From Clostridia bacterium (GTDB lineage Bacteria > Bacillota > Clostridia > RGIG7378), in assembly GCA_017501105.1 (NCBI GenBank), contig JAFVXO010000055.1, positions 1-26,708 on the forward strand: 26,708 nucleotides of DNA. Direction: 5' to 3'. Below the pieces are notes generated by a model. It worked only from the letters and a program-made list of their open reading frames with translations, had not been told where the DNA came from and searched no databases. This document shows, one piece after another, positions 1 to 8,341 of this stretch. The translations under genes were made by a program, and so were the position numbers. The stretch's first letter is position 1; the number at the start of each line of letters is the position of its first letter.

Positions 1-495
1 AGTTAATATACAGTAGTCGCGAATGCTGTGTTTGCTGCCAATTTCCGGAACAGAGGAGAGTAATTTCTTGCTCTCGTCCAACTGCAGATATCTTGGCAAT
101 CTCTTGGGGATTTTGGGAGAATCCAACTCTGCTGAAACGTTGTTGTCTATAAGCTTGGCAGTCACTGCACAATACTTAAAAAAAGATTTAAGTGATGCAG
201 TTTTTCTGGCTCGTCCTGCGCTTTCAATATGTCTCTCACTGCGCAAATAAGCCATATATTCAAACAGATCAAAAAGAGTCACTTGATTTAAGTCAGCAGT
301 GGAATATGAGGTTATATTAAAATCGTCAGATATATTTAAACTATACTTTTTGGCATAGAGATAACGCAGGAACAACTTTAAATCATAATAGTATTCCTTC
401 ACCGTATTGGCAGATTTGCCCTTAACGGTATACATGTAGTTAAGGTATGATTCTGCAAATTGAGGTAATTGATTCCTAGGGAAAACTTCGGCCAT
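1..495 (-). CDS. tyrosine recombinase (phage-integrase family, XerC/XerD-like), N-terminal 165 codons; C-terminus lies outside the window
   Basis: Absent from the ORF track because it has no in-window stop. The reverse complement of 1-495 is an uninterrupted frame from ATG (complement of 493-495): MAEVFPRNQLPQFAESYLNYMYTVKGKSANTVKEYYYDLKLFLRYLYAKK...ARKTASLKSFFKYC...PKRLPRYLQLDESKKLL...IRDYCILT. This matches the SAM-like core-binding domain, running into the 'RD.aIL' segment that precedes the first catalytic Arg of integrase-family recombinases. A GAGGA Shine-Dalgarno lies 5 nt upstream, inside the end of the preceding gene. Confidence 0.7.
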   Translation of the reverse strand, partial: MAEVFPRNQLPQFAESYLNYMYTVKGKSANTVKEYYYDLKLFLRYLYAKKYSLNISDDFNITSYSTADLNQVTLFDLFEYMAYLRSERHIESAGRARKTASLKSFFKYCAVTAKLIDNNVSAELDSPKIPKRLPRYLQLDESKKLLSSVPEIGSKHSIRDYCILT

Positions 496-496
496 A

Positions 497-2245
497 TTAT
501 TCCTCAAGAGTTGTTGTAACGTCAACCTCAGCGGTAGACTCAGGATCCGGAGTAATATCGGGTTCTGTTGTAACTACCGGTTCCGGTGTGACTTCTGGCT
601 CTGGGGTAACTACTGGTTCCGGTGTAATCTCCGGTTCTGGGGTAGGAGTAGGTGTGGACTCAGGTGTAGGAGTTACCTGTGGAGGTGCTGTGGGTGTTGG
701 CGTAGGTGTAGGCGTAGGTGTGGGGGTAGTCAAAACACCGCCAACGTATGTGATTTTAAATCCAGATAGATAATTAAAACCTTTAATTTTCTGCCAATCA
801 AGGTCTGTTCCGGCGTATTCAATGGAAAGAGATGAGTCCAGACCATCAAAAGTTAATTCGCCAATTGAGGTTAAACTCTTCGGAAGGGAAATATTGCTGA
901 GCTTGCCACAACCTGAAAAACAGTTATCTCCAATAGTAGTCAATTTTGAATTAAAAGTTACAGAAGACAGCTCGCTGCATCCGGCAAATATATTTTTGCC
1001 CAAAGTGGTAATACCCTTTGCAGTAACAGTTTTTAGAGCAGTACAACCAAAAATACCATTTTCATTTATCAGATTGCATGAGGATGGCAATTCAATTGAT
1101 GTTAAATATGGATTGTTTGAAATGGCATATTTGTCAATAGTTGCTACACTGGAGGGCACAGTAAAAGTGGTGTCAGTTTTGCCATACGGGTAGAATAACA
1201 ATTTTGACTTCCATATGTTGTAGACCACGCCATTTTCAGAACAGATATTTGGGTTGTTTGAGCTGATTTCGATTTCTTCCAGATAAATTGGAAATGCAAA
1301 AGCAGCAGAATAAAAGATATCGCTCAATGATCCTGCTCCAAGTGATTTGCCAATAGTAACCTTAGTAAGTGCTGTACATCCGTCAAAAGCGTATGGTCCA
1401 ACAGATGTAACACCATTACCCAAATCGACAGTTTTCAGTGAGTAGCAATTTTGGAACATCAGAGTACCAAGAGTTGTTACCGAATCAGGAATAGTAATAT
1501 CAACCAGAGAAGAACATCCATAAAATGAACAGTTACCGATGGTTTTGAGGTTCTCAGACAGCTTGACATAGTACAGAGAAGTACACCCCTGGAAGGTATA
1601 CTGACGCATCTCGACAACAGTGTCAGGGACCACTATAGTCTTAAGCTCCGTATGGTGCTGAAAAACAGCTCTGGTTATGATGGTAATAGGCTTGCCAGCA
1701 ATGTGAGAAGGTATGGTTAGATTCTCGTCCTTGCCAAAATAGTATCCAATTGAATAACCGACACCGTTATCGTAAAGCTTGTAGGGATAAACTATAACCT
1801 TAATCTCATCAATAACATCGCCTGTAGAGGACACAGCAGAAACTGTTGTCTCGCCAACAGCAATTCCTTTAATTTGTCCATTTTCATCAACAGTCAAAAC
1901 CGATTCATCAGTGGAAACTAGGGAGATGTCGGGAAACAGAGACAGGTCAATTGGTGAATAGACCAAATCCGGCACCATGCCAAGCTCAGCATCTGCAAAA
2001 ATGTCATCATATGTAATCTCCACATCAGGCGTGGCCGTAGGATAAAACGGAGGATCTGTAGTAATGGGTTCAGGAGTATGAGTAGGCGCAGGTGTTGGGG
2101 TACCTATAGCCAAGTTATTGTCTGGTGTGGGTGTATTGATCTCATAGTCATTGCCACTGCCGCTGGAGTTAAGCTGATATGTAGTTACGGCAAATGAACA
2201 GACCACAAGCAATATGCCAATTATAAATGTAATACGTTTTTTCAA
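497..2245 (-). CDS. N-terminally anchored cell-surface protein: Pro/Thr linker, Big_2-like Ig domain, BspA-type leucine-rich repeats, Pro/Thr/Glu-rich tail
   Basis: 582-aa ORF. Hydrophobic N-terminal signal/anchor (ITFIIGILLVVCSFAVTTY) and a TPTPAPTHTPEP linker. Ig-like segment VSTDESVLTVDENGQIKGIAVGETTVSAVS. About 10 repeats of the pattern 'F.GC.sL..v.iP.svt.IG..aF..C..L' typical of BspA/LRR_5 surface proteins. No LPXTG or other C-terminal sorting motif seen. Confidence 0.75.
   Translation of the reverse strand: MKKRITFIIGILLVVCSFAVTTYQLNSSGSGNDYEINTPTPDNNLAIGTPTPAPTHTPEPITTDPPFYPTATPDVEITYDDIFADAELGMVPDLVYSPIDLSLFPDISLVSTDESVLTVDENGQIKGIAVGETTVSAVSSTGDVIDEIKVIVYPYKLYDNGVGYSIGYYFGKDENLTIPSHIAGKPITIITRAVFQHHTELKTIVVPDTVVEMRQYTFQGCTSLYYVKLSENLKTIGNCSFYGCSSLVDITIPDSVTTLGTLMFQNCYSLKTVDLGNGVTSVGPYAFDGCTALTKVTIGKSLGAGSLSDIFYSAAFAFPIYLEEIEISSNNPNICSENGVVYNIWKSKLLFYPYGKTDTTFTVPSSVATIDKYAISNNPYLTSIELPSSCNLINENGIFGCTALKTVTAKGITTLGKNIFAGCSELSSVTFNSKLTTIGDNCFSGCGKLSNISLPKSLTSIGELTFDGLDSSLSIEYAGTDLDWQKIKGFNYLSGFKITYVGGVLTTPTPTPTPTPTPTAPPQVTPTPESTPTPTPEPEITPEPVVTPEPEVTPEPVVTTEPDITPDPESTAEVDVTTTLEE
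500..730 (-). repeat. low-complexity tandem-repeat coding tract ((TP)n and TPEP(V/E)V units) forming the C-terminal 77 aa of the LRR protein
   Basis: The protein ends TTPTPTPTPTPTPTAPPQVTPTPESTPTPTPEPEITPEPVVTPEPEVTPEPVVTTEPDITPDPEST.... On the + strand this appears as reiterated ggtgtagg/ggttccgg units, which also create the spurious GVGVGV ORF at 588-773. Confidence 0.75.
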
Positions 2246-2360
2246 AATTCTACCTCAAAATTTAATACTGAGATTATACAAAATTCGCATATCTAAAGTA
2301 AATACTTTCTTGGTTGGTAAAAATATTATATAATCACCTTTATTTCCATTGAGGTAGTCC

Positions 2361-4580
2361 ATGACAGATATGAGAAACAACTTCGATCCACAGGAGCTTG
2401 CTGTCGAAAATGGCAGGCTTAGTCATGTAGTTGGCGTTATTTCACGCAAGCTATATGAGCAGGAGCATCTGTCTGAGATACTTCGCGGTGACAACGTTAA
2501 ACTTAATCAGTTAATGTGGGACGATACCGCCAAGGCAATTTATGACTTTGACGATGTAGCAGCTATGCCAATTTACTTGTCCGATATGCAGCAGATGGCA
2601 TACAGGAGAGAGCGCAACGCCAAAATGATTGATTTTCTTAATAGAATTATCGATTCTCCATGGTTTGCGCGTATTTCTTTCGTTGAAGACGGTGAAAGCA
2701 ATGTGGATAACTACTACATCGGTATTGGAAACCTTAACGATGACAAGGGCAACATCCTTGTTATAGACTGGCGTGCAGACATTAGCAGCCTATACTACGA
2801 CAGCGATATTGGCCCGTCATTTTATGAGACACGAGGCTATAAAATCACCGGCAATTTAACCGGCAAGCGTCAGTACAAGATTTCCGACAGACAGATCAAG
2901 TTTATGTTTGATTCAGATGTGGCTATTGAGGACCAGCTGTTGATTGAGCTGCTGGAGAATAACACATCTCCTCATATGAAAAATATTGTAAGCACCATTC
3001 AGAGAGAGCAGAATAGTGTTATCAAGTCAGCTCCCGGTGGAGTGCTTATTGTTTCAGGTCCTGCAGGCTCTGGTAAGACTTCTGTGGCTATGCACAGAAT
3101 TGCATATCTGATGTATCGTGAGCGCAAGACCTTCAATGCAAATTCTATTTTGATTTTATCTCCAAACAATATTTTTAACGACTATATATCTGATGTTTTG
3201 CCCAGTTTGGGTGAGGATTCTGTAAATAGTATGGTTTTTGCCGGGATAATTCCCGACACGCTTCCAATGCCCGAGGGTATTTCGGTTCAAACCGGAATTT
3301 CATTTATGAACAATGCTGCTGGCAATATTTCCAGGGCCAGAGCAAACTCTATTTCCATAAAATCTTCTCCTGAATTCACTGATACAATGGAGAAGTTCCT
3401 CAGCCCAGAATCTGTAGGACACAATCGGTTTAGAGATATTATGGATGGAGATACTGTTATCTTTTCAGCAAAGGATATGGAGGAGTTTTTCTTTAGTTCA
3501 TATCCTGGCCTGACCATTCAAATGCGCATGAACCGTATTCGCAACGCAGGAAATGCGGCAATTATGTCCTGGGCGGAGCAGGAGAGCCAACGGTTGTTTG
3601 AAATTGAGACAGAAAATACTACTGTTTTAGGCGACGGTTCTGAAATTATGTCCAAGTGCCGTGCAATGGTCCGTGGCAAGGTATCTCAACACCTAGGTGA
3701 ACTCTTCAATATCACAACTCTCAATGTCTACAATATATATCGAACTTTCCTGAGACGATTGGCCAGGGGACGCATTCGTACAAACATGGATACTGGCATG
3801 TTGACAGATGCCTATGAGACCTACATGGATGCTGCTGAGGCTGGTGTTATGCAGTACGAGGATTATTGCGCATATGCCTTGGCCAGCCTTATGCTGGGCA
3901 TTGTAGAGCCCAACAAAAACATTCTGCATGTGGTTATAGATGAGGCTCAGGATTATTCATTTTTACAATTCAGACTACTTAGGTTGATGTACCCTGTGGC
4001 ATCCTTTACATGCCTGGGCGATCCCAATCAGAGGGTAAATCCGTATACTGGATCTGATAATCTTTCTGCTATTCCCGGAGCATTTAAGGGGACTCAGATT
4101 ACCCGCATTAATTTGAACAAGAGTTTTCGATCCACCTCAGAGATTAGTAAATTCTGCTCAGACTTGTTGGGAGGCACGATTGGCGACAATGTGGACAGAC
4201 ATGGTCAGCCGGTTAAGTTAAACCAATGTGCTTCTACGGTGGATTTTGCCGATTATGTTTTTAACGTGATTGATGATATTGATGCCAGTTCAACCACAGC
4301 TGTTTTATGTAAAAATATCGAGCAATGCAACAGGTGCTATGATATATTAAAGTCCAAGGGCATCTATTCAAGAATCGTTTTGTCCGATGCTGCCGGCACT
4401 GTGGGTATTTCACCCGGCATTCTGACGATAATGCCTGTATTCATGGCTAAGGGTCTTGAGTTTGATAATGTCATTATCTATAACAGCAACAGCTACGCCC
4501 AGGACACCGCTGGCCGACAGTTACTATATACGGCCTGCACCAGAGCATTGCACAGGTTGTATGTAAATAGGTTTGTATAG
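2361..4580 (+). CDS. helD: HelD-type (helicase IV-like, UvrD/Rep superfamily 1) ATPase
   Basis: 739 aa. N-terminal segment YYIGIGNL...VIDWRADISSLYYD is characteristic of HelD. Walker A GPAGSGKTSVAMHRIAY, Walker B/DEAQ box VVIDEAQDY, and C-terminal motif LYTACTRALHRLYV. GAGG RBS 6 nt before the ATG. Confidence 0.8.
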   Translation: MTDMRNNFDPQELAVENGRLSHVVGVISRKLYEQEHLSEILRGDNVKLNQLMWDDTAKAIYDFDDVAAMPIYLSDMQQMAYRRERNAKMIDFLNRIIDSPWFARISFVEDGESNVDNYYIGIGNLNDDKGNILVIDWRADISSLYYDSDIGPSFYETRGYKITGNLTGKRQYKISDRQIKFMFDSDVAIEDQLLIELLENNTSPHMKNIVSTIQREQNSVIKSAPGGVLIVSGPAGSGKTSVAMHRIAYLMYRERKTFNANSILILSPNNIFNDYISDVLPSLGEDSVNSMVFAGIIPDTLPMPEGISVQTGISFMNNAAGNISRARANSISIKSSPEFTDTMEKFLSPESVGHNRFRDIMDGDTVIFSAKDMEEFFFSSYPGLTIQMRMNRIRNAGNAAIMSWAEQESQRLFEIETENTTVLGDGSEIMSKCRAMVRGKVSQHLGELFNITTLNVYNIYRTFLRRLARGRIRTNMDTGMLTDAYETYMDAAEAGVMQYEDYCAYALASLMLGIVEPNKNILHVVIDEAQDYSFLQFRLLRLMYPVASFTCLGDPNQRVNPYTGSDNLSAIPGAFKGTQITRINLNKSFRSTSEISKFCSDLLGGTIGDNVDRHGQPVKLNQCASTVDFADYVFNVIDDIDASSTTAVLCKNIEQCNRCYDILKSKGIYSRIVLSDAAGTVGISPGILTIMPVFMAKGLEFDNVIIYNSNSYAQDTAGRQLLYTACTRALHRLYVNRFV

Positions 4581-4583
4581 TTT

Positions 4584-6218
4584 GTGAGGACTACTTTGAG
4601 TAATAACGTCAACAAGAGAATAGGGTGGTCGGCTCTCATTGTAATGAGCTCATTAATTGTAAGCAGGATTACCGGATTCATTCGGGAAATGCTGGTTGTC
4701 AACTGTTTTTCGGACAGTTTACTTACTGACGGATACAATTATGCCTTTACAATTACAGACTTCTTCTACTATCTGTTGTTAGGCGGGTCCATTGCCTCAG
4801 CTCTAATACCTGTAATGACAAAACATATTTCCGCAGGTCCTGATCAGGAATCCGAGGGATGGAGAGGCACCAGCGCATTTATTAATGTATTTATGTGCAT
4901 TTTGTTGTTTGTGTGTGGACTGGGTATGATTTTCTCCAGACAGATTCTGGATTTGTGGTTTCCTCAATATGCTGTTGGTTCTGCTGATCCCGAGTTTTAC
5001 CGAAATACCGTTGCGTCACTGATACGCATACTTTTCCCGTCTGTTGTCTGCATGATGATAACAGGTTTTATGAACGGTATCCTCAATTCCTATAAGCGCT
5101 TTGCAGCAGCAGCCTATGGCCCCACCATATACAACATTTGCTGTTGTCTGGCTATATTTGTATTCAGAGGAAATATTATCCACGTTGCCCTTGGTGTACT
5201 AGCCAGTTCATTTACCTATATGTGCATACAGATTGCTTTTACATCCAGACATCTCAGAAACTATACATTCAATTTTGACGTTCGACACCCTGCATTCAAG
5301 AGCCTGGTGATACTCGCAATTCCAACGCTGCTATCATCGGCCCTTAATCAGCTTAATGTTGTTGTCACCAAGACATTTACACAGTTCTATGATGCAGGAG
5401 CTGTTACTGCCCTCAATAACGCAAACAGCTTGTGGCAGATGCCATACGGTATATTTGCTGCTGGAATCGGTACCGCTATGCTTCCATCAATCAGTGAATA
5501 CTTTGCCACACAGAAGAGGGACATGTTCAATGAGACAATGCGCTCCAGCATCAGATATGTTATGTATCTGGTCATTCCATCAGCTTTTGCATTTTATGTC
5601 CTCAGCGACCAACTTGCTGCCTCTGTATTCCTATGGTCCAATAATGTATCGAATACGCTGATTTCCGACATAGGAATTTTACTCAAATGTATGTCTTTTT
5701 GCATGGTATTTCAATCTGTGATTTACCTTTGCTACAGGGCCTTTTACGCCTCCCACAACACAAAAATACCTCTGTATTCGGCAGTTATTAACGTGCTGCT
5801 TACTACAGTTTTTGGTACACTAATAGTGCAATTGACTGACTGGAGTGTCGTGGCCATCGGATATATGTACACTGCTGCCTCACTGCTGACCTGTGTTATT
5901 ACATGTATAATGGCATACACCAAGTTGGGCAATTTTGGTATCAAGAACATTCTGGTAGGAACCGGGCTTATGTGTGTGTGTTCAGCTATTATGTCAATAG
6001 CACTGTACGGTTTAGGCAAGGTATTAACAGTGAATATTACACCTGCACTGTTTACCCTTTCATCAAAGGTTCATGACCTTTTTAACCTTGTACTGCTAGT
6101 AGTTGTAGGTGTTGTGGTCTACTTTACGTCGTCTGCATTGATGCATATAGAGGAGGCCACCAAGGTGCTGAGTACTATATGCAACAAGCTTGGTATTAAA
6201 ATTCACAGAAATTCTTGA
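4584..6218 (+). CDS. murJ: lipid II flippase, MurJ/MviN family
   Basis: 544 aa, polytopic (about 14 hydrophobic segments). N-terminus ...IVMSSLIVSRITGFIREMLVVNCFS matches the MurJ 'SR.lGf.Re' signature. Start is GTG 4584 or in-frame TTG 4596 (GAGGA at 4586-4590). Confidence 0.8.
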   Translation: MRTTLSNNVNKRIGWSALIVMSSLIVSRITGFIREMLVVNCFSDSLLTDGYNYAFTITDFFYYLLLGGSIASALIPVMTKHISAGPDQESEGWRGTSAFINVFMCILLFVCGLGMIFSRQILDLWFPQYAVGSADPEFYRNTVASLIRILFPSVVCMMITGFMNGILNSYKRFAAAAYGPTIYNICCCLAIFVFRGNIIHVALGVLASSFTYMCIQIAFTSRHLRNYTFNFDVRHPAFKSLVILAIPTLLSSALNQLNVVVTKTFTQFYDAGAVTALNNANSLWQMPYGIFAAGIGTAMLPSISEYFATQKRDMFNETMRSSIRYVMYLVIPSAFAFYVLSDQLAASVFLWSNNVSNTLISDIGILLKCMSFCMVFQSVIYLCYRAFYASHNTKIPLYSAVINVLLTTVFGTLIVQLTDWSVVAIGYMYTAASLLTCVITCIMAYTKLGNFGIKNILVGTGLMCVCSAIMSIALYGLGKVLTVNITPALFTLSSKVHDLFNLVLLVVVGVVVYFTSSALMHIEEATKVLSTICNKLGIKIHRNS

Positions 6219-6243
6219 CATAGTAAATAACAGGGATTATATT
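6215..6243 (+). promoter_or_regulatory. sigma-A-type promoter for recA (TTGACA - 17 nt - TATATT)
   Basis: Perfect -35 TTGACA at 6215-6220 (overlapping the murJ stop), 17-nt spacer, and -10 TATATT at 6238-6243, about 45 nt upstream of the recA ATG. Confidence 0.55.
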
Positions 6244-6247
6244 AAAA

Positions 6248-6263
6248 ACAAACAAATGTTTGT
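6248..6263. promoter_or_regulatory. LexA operator candidate (Cheo/DinR-box geometry): ACAAAC-AAAT-GTTTGT
   Basis: Perfect palindrome with 6-bp arms and a 4-bp spacer, immediately downstream of the -10 and upstream of recA. It has the same geometry as the Gram-positive SOS box GAAC-N4-GTTC, but with AAAC/GTTT cores. Confidence 0.5.
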
Positions 6264-6286
6264 GCAGGATTGTTAGGAGGACAGAT

Positions 6287-7351
6287 ATGGTAAATGATAG
6301 ACAAAAGGCGATTGAAGCCGCTATGTCACAGATAGAGAAGCAGTTTGGCAAGGGATCCGTTATGAGACTGGGAGACCACAGCCATATGAATATTGAAGCT
6401 ATTCCCACCGGATCTATGATATTGGATATTGCTCTTGGTGTAGGAGGCATTCCCAAGGGACGTATTATTGAGATATACGGACCTGAATCTTCAGGTAAGA
6501 CAACAGTTTGCCTGCATGTAATTGCTGAGGCACAGAAGCAGGGTGGAGTTGCTGCATTTATTGATGCTGAGCACGCACTTGATCCTGTTTATGCAAAGAA
6601 GCTTGGTGTCGATATCAACAACCTGCTTGTCTCACAGCCTGATTTTGGCGAACAGGCCTTGGAAATAGCAGAGGCTCTTGTACGCAGCGGTGCTGTAGAT
6701 ATTATTGTTGTTGACTCTGTTGCAGCATTGGTGCCCAAGGTTGAGATTGATGGCGAGATGGGTGATTCCCATGTTGGTTTGCAGGCCAGGCTTATGTCTC
6801 AGGCCCTGCGCAAGCTTGCTGGTATTGTCAGCAAATCCAACTGTATTGTTATGTTCACCAACCAGCTGAGAGAGAAGGTTGGCGTTATGTATGGCAACCC
6901 TGAGACAACCACAGGAGGCAGAGCCCTTAAGTTCTACGCCTCGGTTCGTATGGATATCCGCAGGATTGATTCTATTAAAAATGGCAGCGAGATTGTGGGT
7001 AATAGGACCAGAATTAAGGTTGTCAAGAACAAGGTAGCTCCTCCGTTCAAAGAGGCCGAGTTTGATATTATCTATGGTGAAGGTATTTCAAGAGAAGGTG
7101 GCATCTTAGATGTTGCTGTTCTAAACAATATTATTGTCAAGAGCGGTTCATGGTTCTCCTACAATGACAATCGCATAGGACAGGGCAGAGAGAATGCCAA
7201 GCTTTTCCTGCGCAACAATCCTTCTATCCTCGATGAGATTGAGGCCAAGATTCGCTCCATCTATTTTTCTGATAAGACAGCAGCATTAGATGAGGATATT
7301 CCCGAAATCTATATTGATGACCTTGATGACGACGACTCTGACGAGATCTAA
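6287..7351 (+). CDS. recA: recombinase RecA
   Basis: [29 protein letters not shown]..., Walker [19 protein letters not shown], and an acidic tail [12 protein letters not shown] place the start at ATG 6287 (AGGAGG 6275-6280) rather than the track's TTG 6260. Confidence 0.97.
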   Translation: MVNDRQKAIEAAMSQIEKQFGKGSVMRLGDHSHMNIEAIPTGSMILDIALGVGGIPKGRIIEIYGPESSGKTTVCLHVIAEAQKQGGVAAFIDAEHALDPVYAKKLGVDINNLLVSQPDFGEQALEIAEALVRSGAVDIIVVDSVAALVPKVEIDGEMGDSHVGLQARLMSQALRKLAGIVSKSNCIVMFTNQLREKVGVMYGNPETTTGGRALKFYASVRMDIRRIDSIKNGSEIVGNRTRIKVVKNKVAPPFKEAEFDIIYGEGISREGGILDVAVLNNIIVKSGSWFSYNDNRIGQGRENAKLFLRNNPSILDEIEAKIRSIYFSDKTAALDEDIPEIYIDDLDDDDSDEI

Positions 7352-7356
7352 ATTTT

Positions 7357-8244
7357 ATGTTTAAGAGAGCTACAGACAGCATTGTATTTCGAAAAGTATG
7401 CATTTTTAGCATGGTGCTGAATGTAGCTTCTCTTTTTTCTGTTTTTATCGCAATTACATATGAGTTTGTTCGTAACTACCAGCATATTGACTCGCTATTC
7501 GAGAGTAACATAGAGACTTTCGTCTTTATATTTATAGTTCTACTTGTTGTAATTGATGCGATTTCCAATGTTTTGCTTTGCAGGTCAGCAATGAGAATGT
7601 CACAAATTTCTGATTCTATTAAATCATCCCACAACAATCTTGATAAGCTCAACAATGACATGCGTAAGCAGAGACATGACTTCATGAACAACCTCCAGGT
7701 CATCCACGGCCTGATTAGTATGGATTGCTATCAGGAGGCTAAGATATACATCGACAGTGTATATACTGATATTCGCAGCATAAGCCGTATTCTTAAAACC
7801 GATAGCCCTGCCATTAACGCTCTGTTACAGGCCAAGGTGGCACGTTGTGACGAGCTGAATATTCCAGTAAATCTTGAAATTATGTCTACTTTTAAGGACG
7901 ACATGCCTATGCCTGAGTGGTTAGTTTGCAGAATACTAGGCAATCTAATTGATAATGCCATTTATGCCATATTAGATAAGGGGCAAGGGCATCTCCACAT
8001 AGTTTTGACAGAGGATGTTAATGCTCACTCACTTTCTGTATCTGATGACGGTACATCCATATCCTCTAATTTTATTGACAAATTATTTATTCCGGGATTC
8101 TCAACCAAGGGTGACAAGGGTACGGGCATGGGCTTGGCTATATGTAATGATTTAGTCAGGGAATACAGTGGTTCTATTAATCTTAAAATAGAGGACCAGT
8201 ACAAGACATTTACCGTTATTATTCCAAAGTCCATATCCATCTGA
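7357..8244 (+). CDS. sensor histidine kinase, intramembrane-sensing type (2 TM, SpoOB/CitA-like DHp, GHKL ATPase)
   Basis: 295 aa. Two TM helices (IFSMVLNVASLFSVFIAI; FVFIFIVLLVVIDAISNVLL) are separated by only about 19 residues. H-box is RKQRHDFMNNLQVIHGLI, N-box GNLIDNAIYA, G-boxes GFSTKGDKGTGMGLAI. The ATG lies 5 nt after the recA stop with no clear Shine-Dalgarno; an alternative ATG at 7411 is possible. Confidence 0.8.
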   Translation: MFKRATDSIVFRKVCIFSMVLNVASLFSVFIAITYEFVRNYQHIDSLFESNIETFVFIFIVLLVVIDAISNVLLCRSAMRMSQISDSIKSSHNNLDKLNNDMRKQRHDFMNNLQVIHGLISMDCYQEAKIYIDSVYTDIRSISRILKTDSPAINALLQAKVARCDELNIPVNLEIMSTFKDDMPMPEWLVCRILGNLIDNAIYAILDKGQGHLHIVLTEDVNAHSLSVSDDGTSISSNFIDKLFIPGFSTKGDKGTGMGLAICNDLVREYSGSINLKIEDQYKTFTVIIPKSISI

Positions 8245-8341
8245 CATTTCAAACATTCAACTGTATAGTTTGGCAAAAAATCCCCTATCATCAGCATAGT
8301 ATGATATACTTAATTCAAATACTGATGACAGGAGGTTATAT

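Noticed and set aside
1-495. The recombinase as a marker of an integrated mobile element, prophage or ICE at the window edge.
   Set aside because: No att-like direct repeats, tRNA target, phage or conjugation genes, or compositional shift are visible in the window, and the gene is operonic with a surface protein. This cannot be excluded without sequence beyond position 1, so it is reported only as a recombinase.
588-1193. + strand ORFs 588-773 (GVGVGV-rich) and 822-1193, plus 23-250 at the window start.
   Set aside because: They are antisense to the well-supported LRR surface-protein and recombinase genes. The GVGV product is simply the complement of the (TP)n repeat. No RBS or motifs.
2246-2360. 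Divergent promoter region between the LRR gene and helD (TATAAT at 2329-2334; TTGGTT/TTGGTA nearby), and possible invertible-promoter inverted repeats.
   Set aside because: The -35 candidates are at the wrong spacing (9-13 nt), and I found no inverted repeats flanking the region. This is insufficient to annotate.
8245-8341. Possible LytTR binding sites (CATTTCAAA / CATTCAAC near 8245-8261 and AATTCAAAT at 8312-8320), plus a TGaTATACT extended -10 at 8302-8310.
   Set aside because: The repeats are short, AT-rich and not at the roughly 12-nt spacing typical of LytTR direct repeats. This is indistinguishable from chance in AT-rich intergenic DNA without binding data. The promoter is plausible but unsupported, so it is not listed as a feature.
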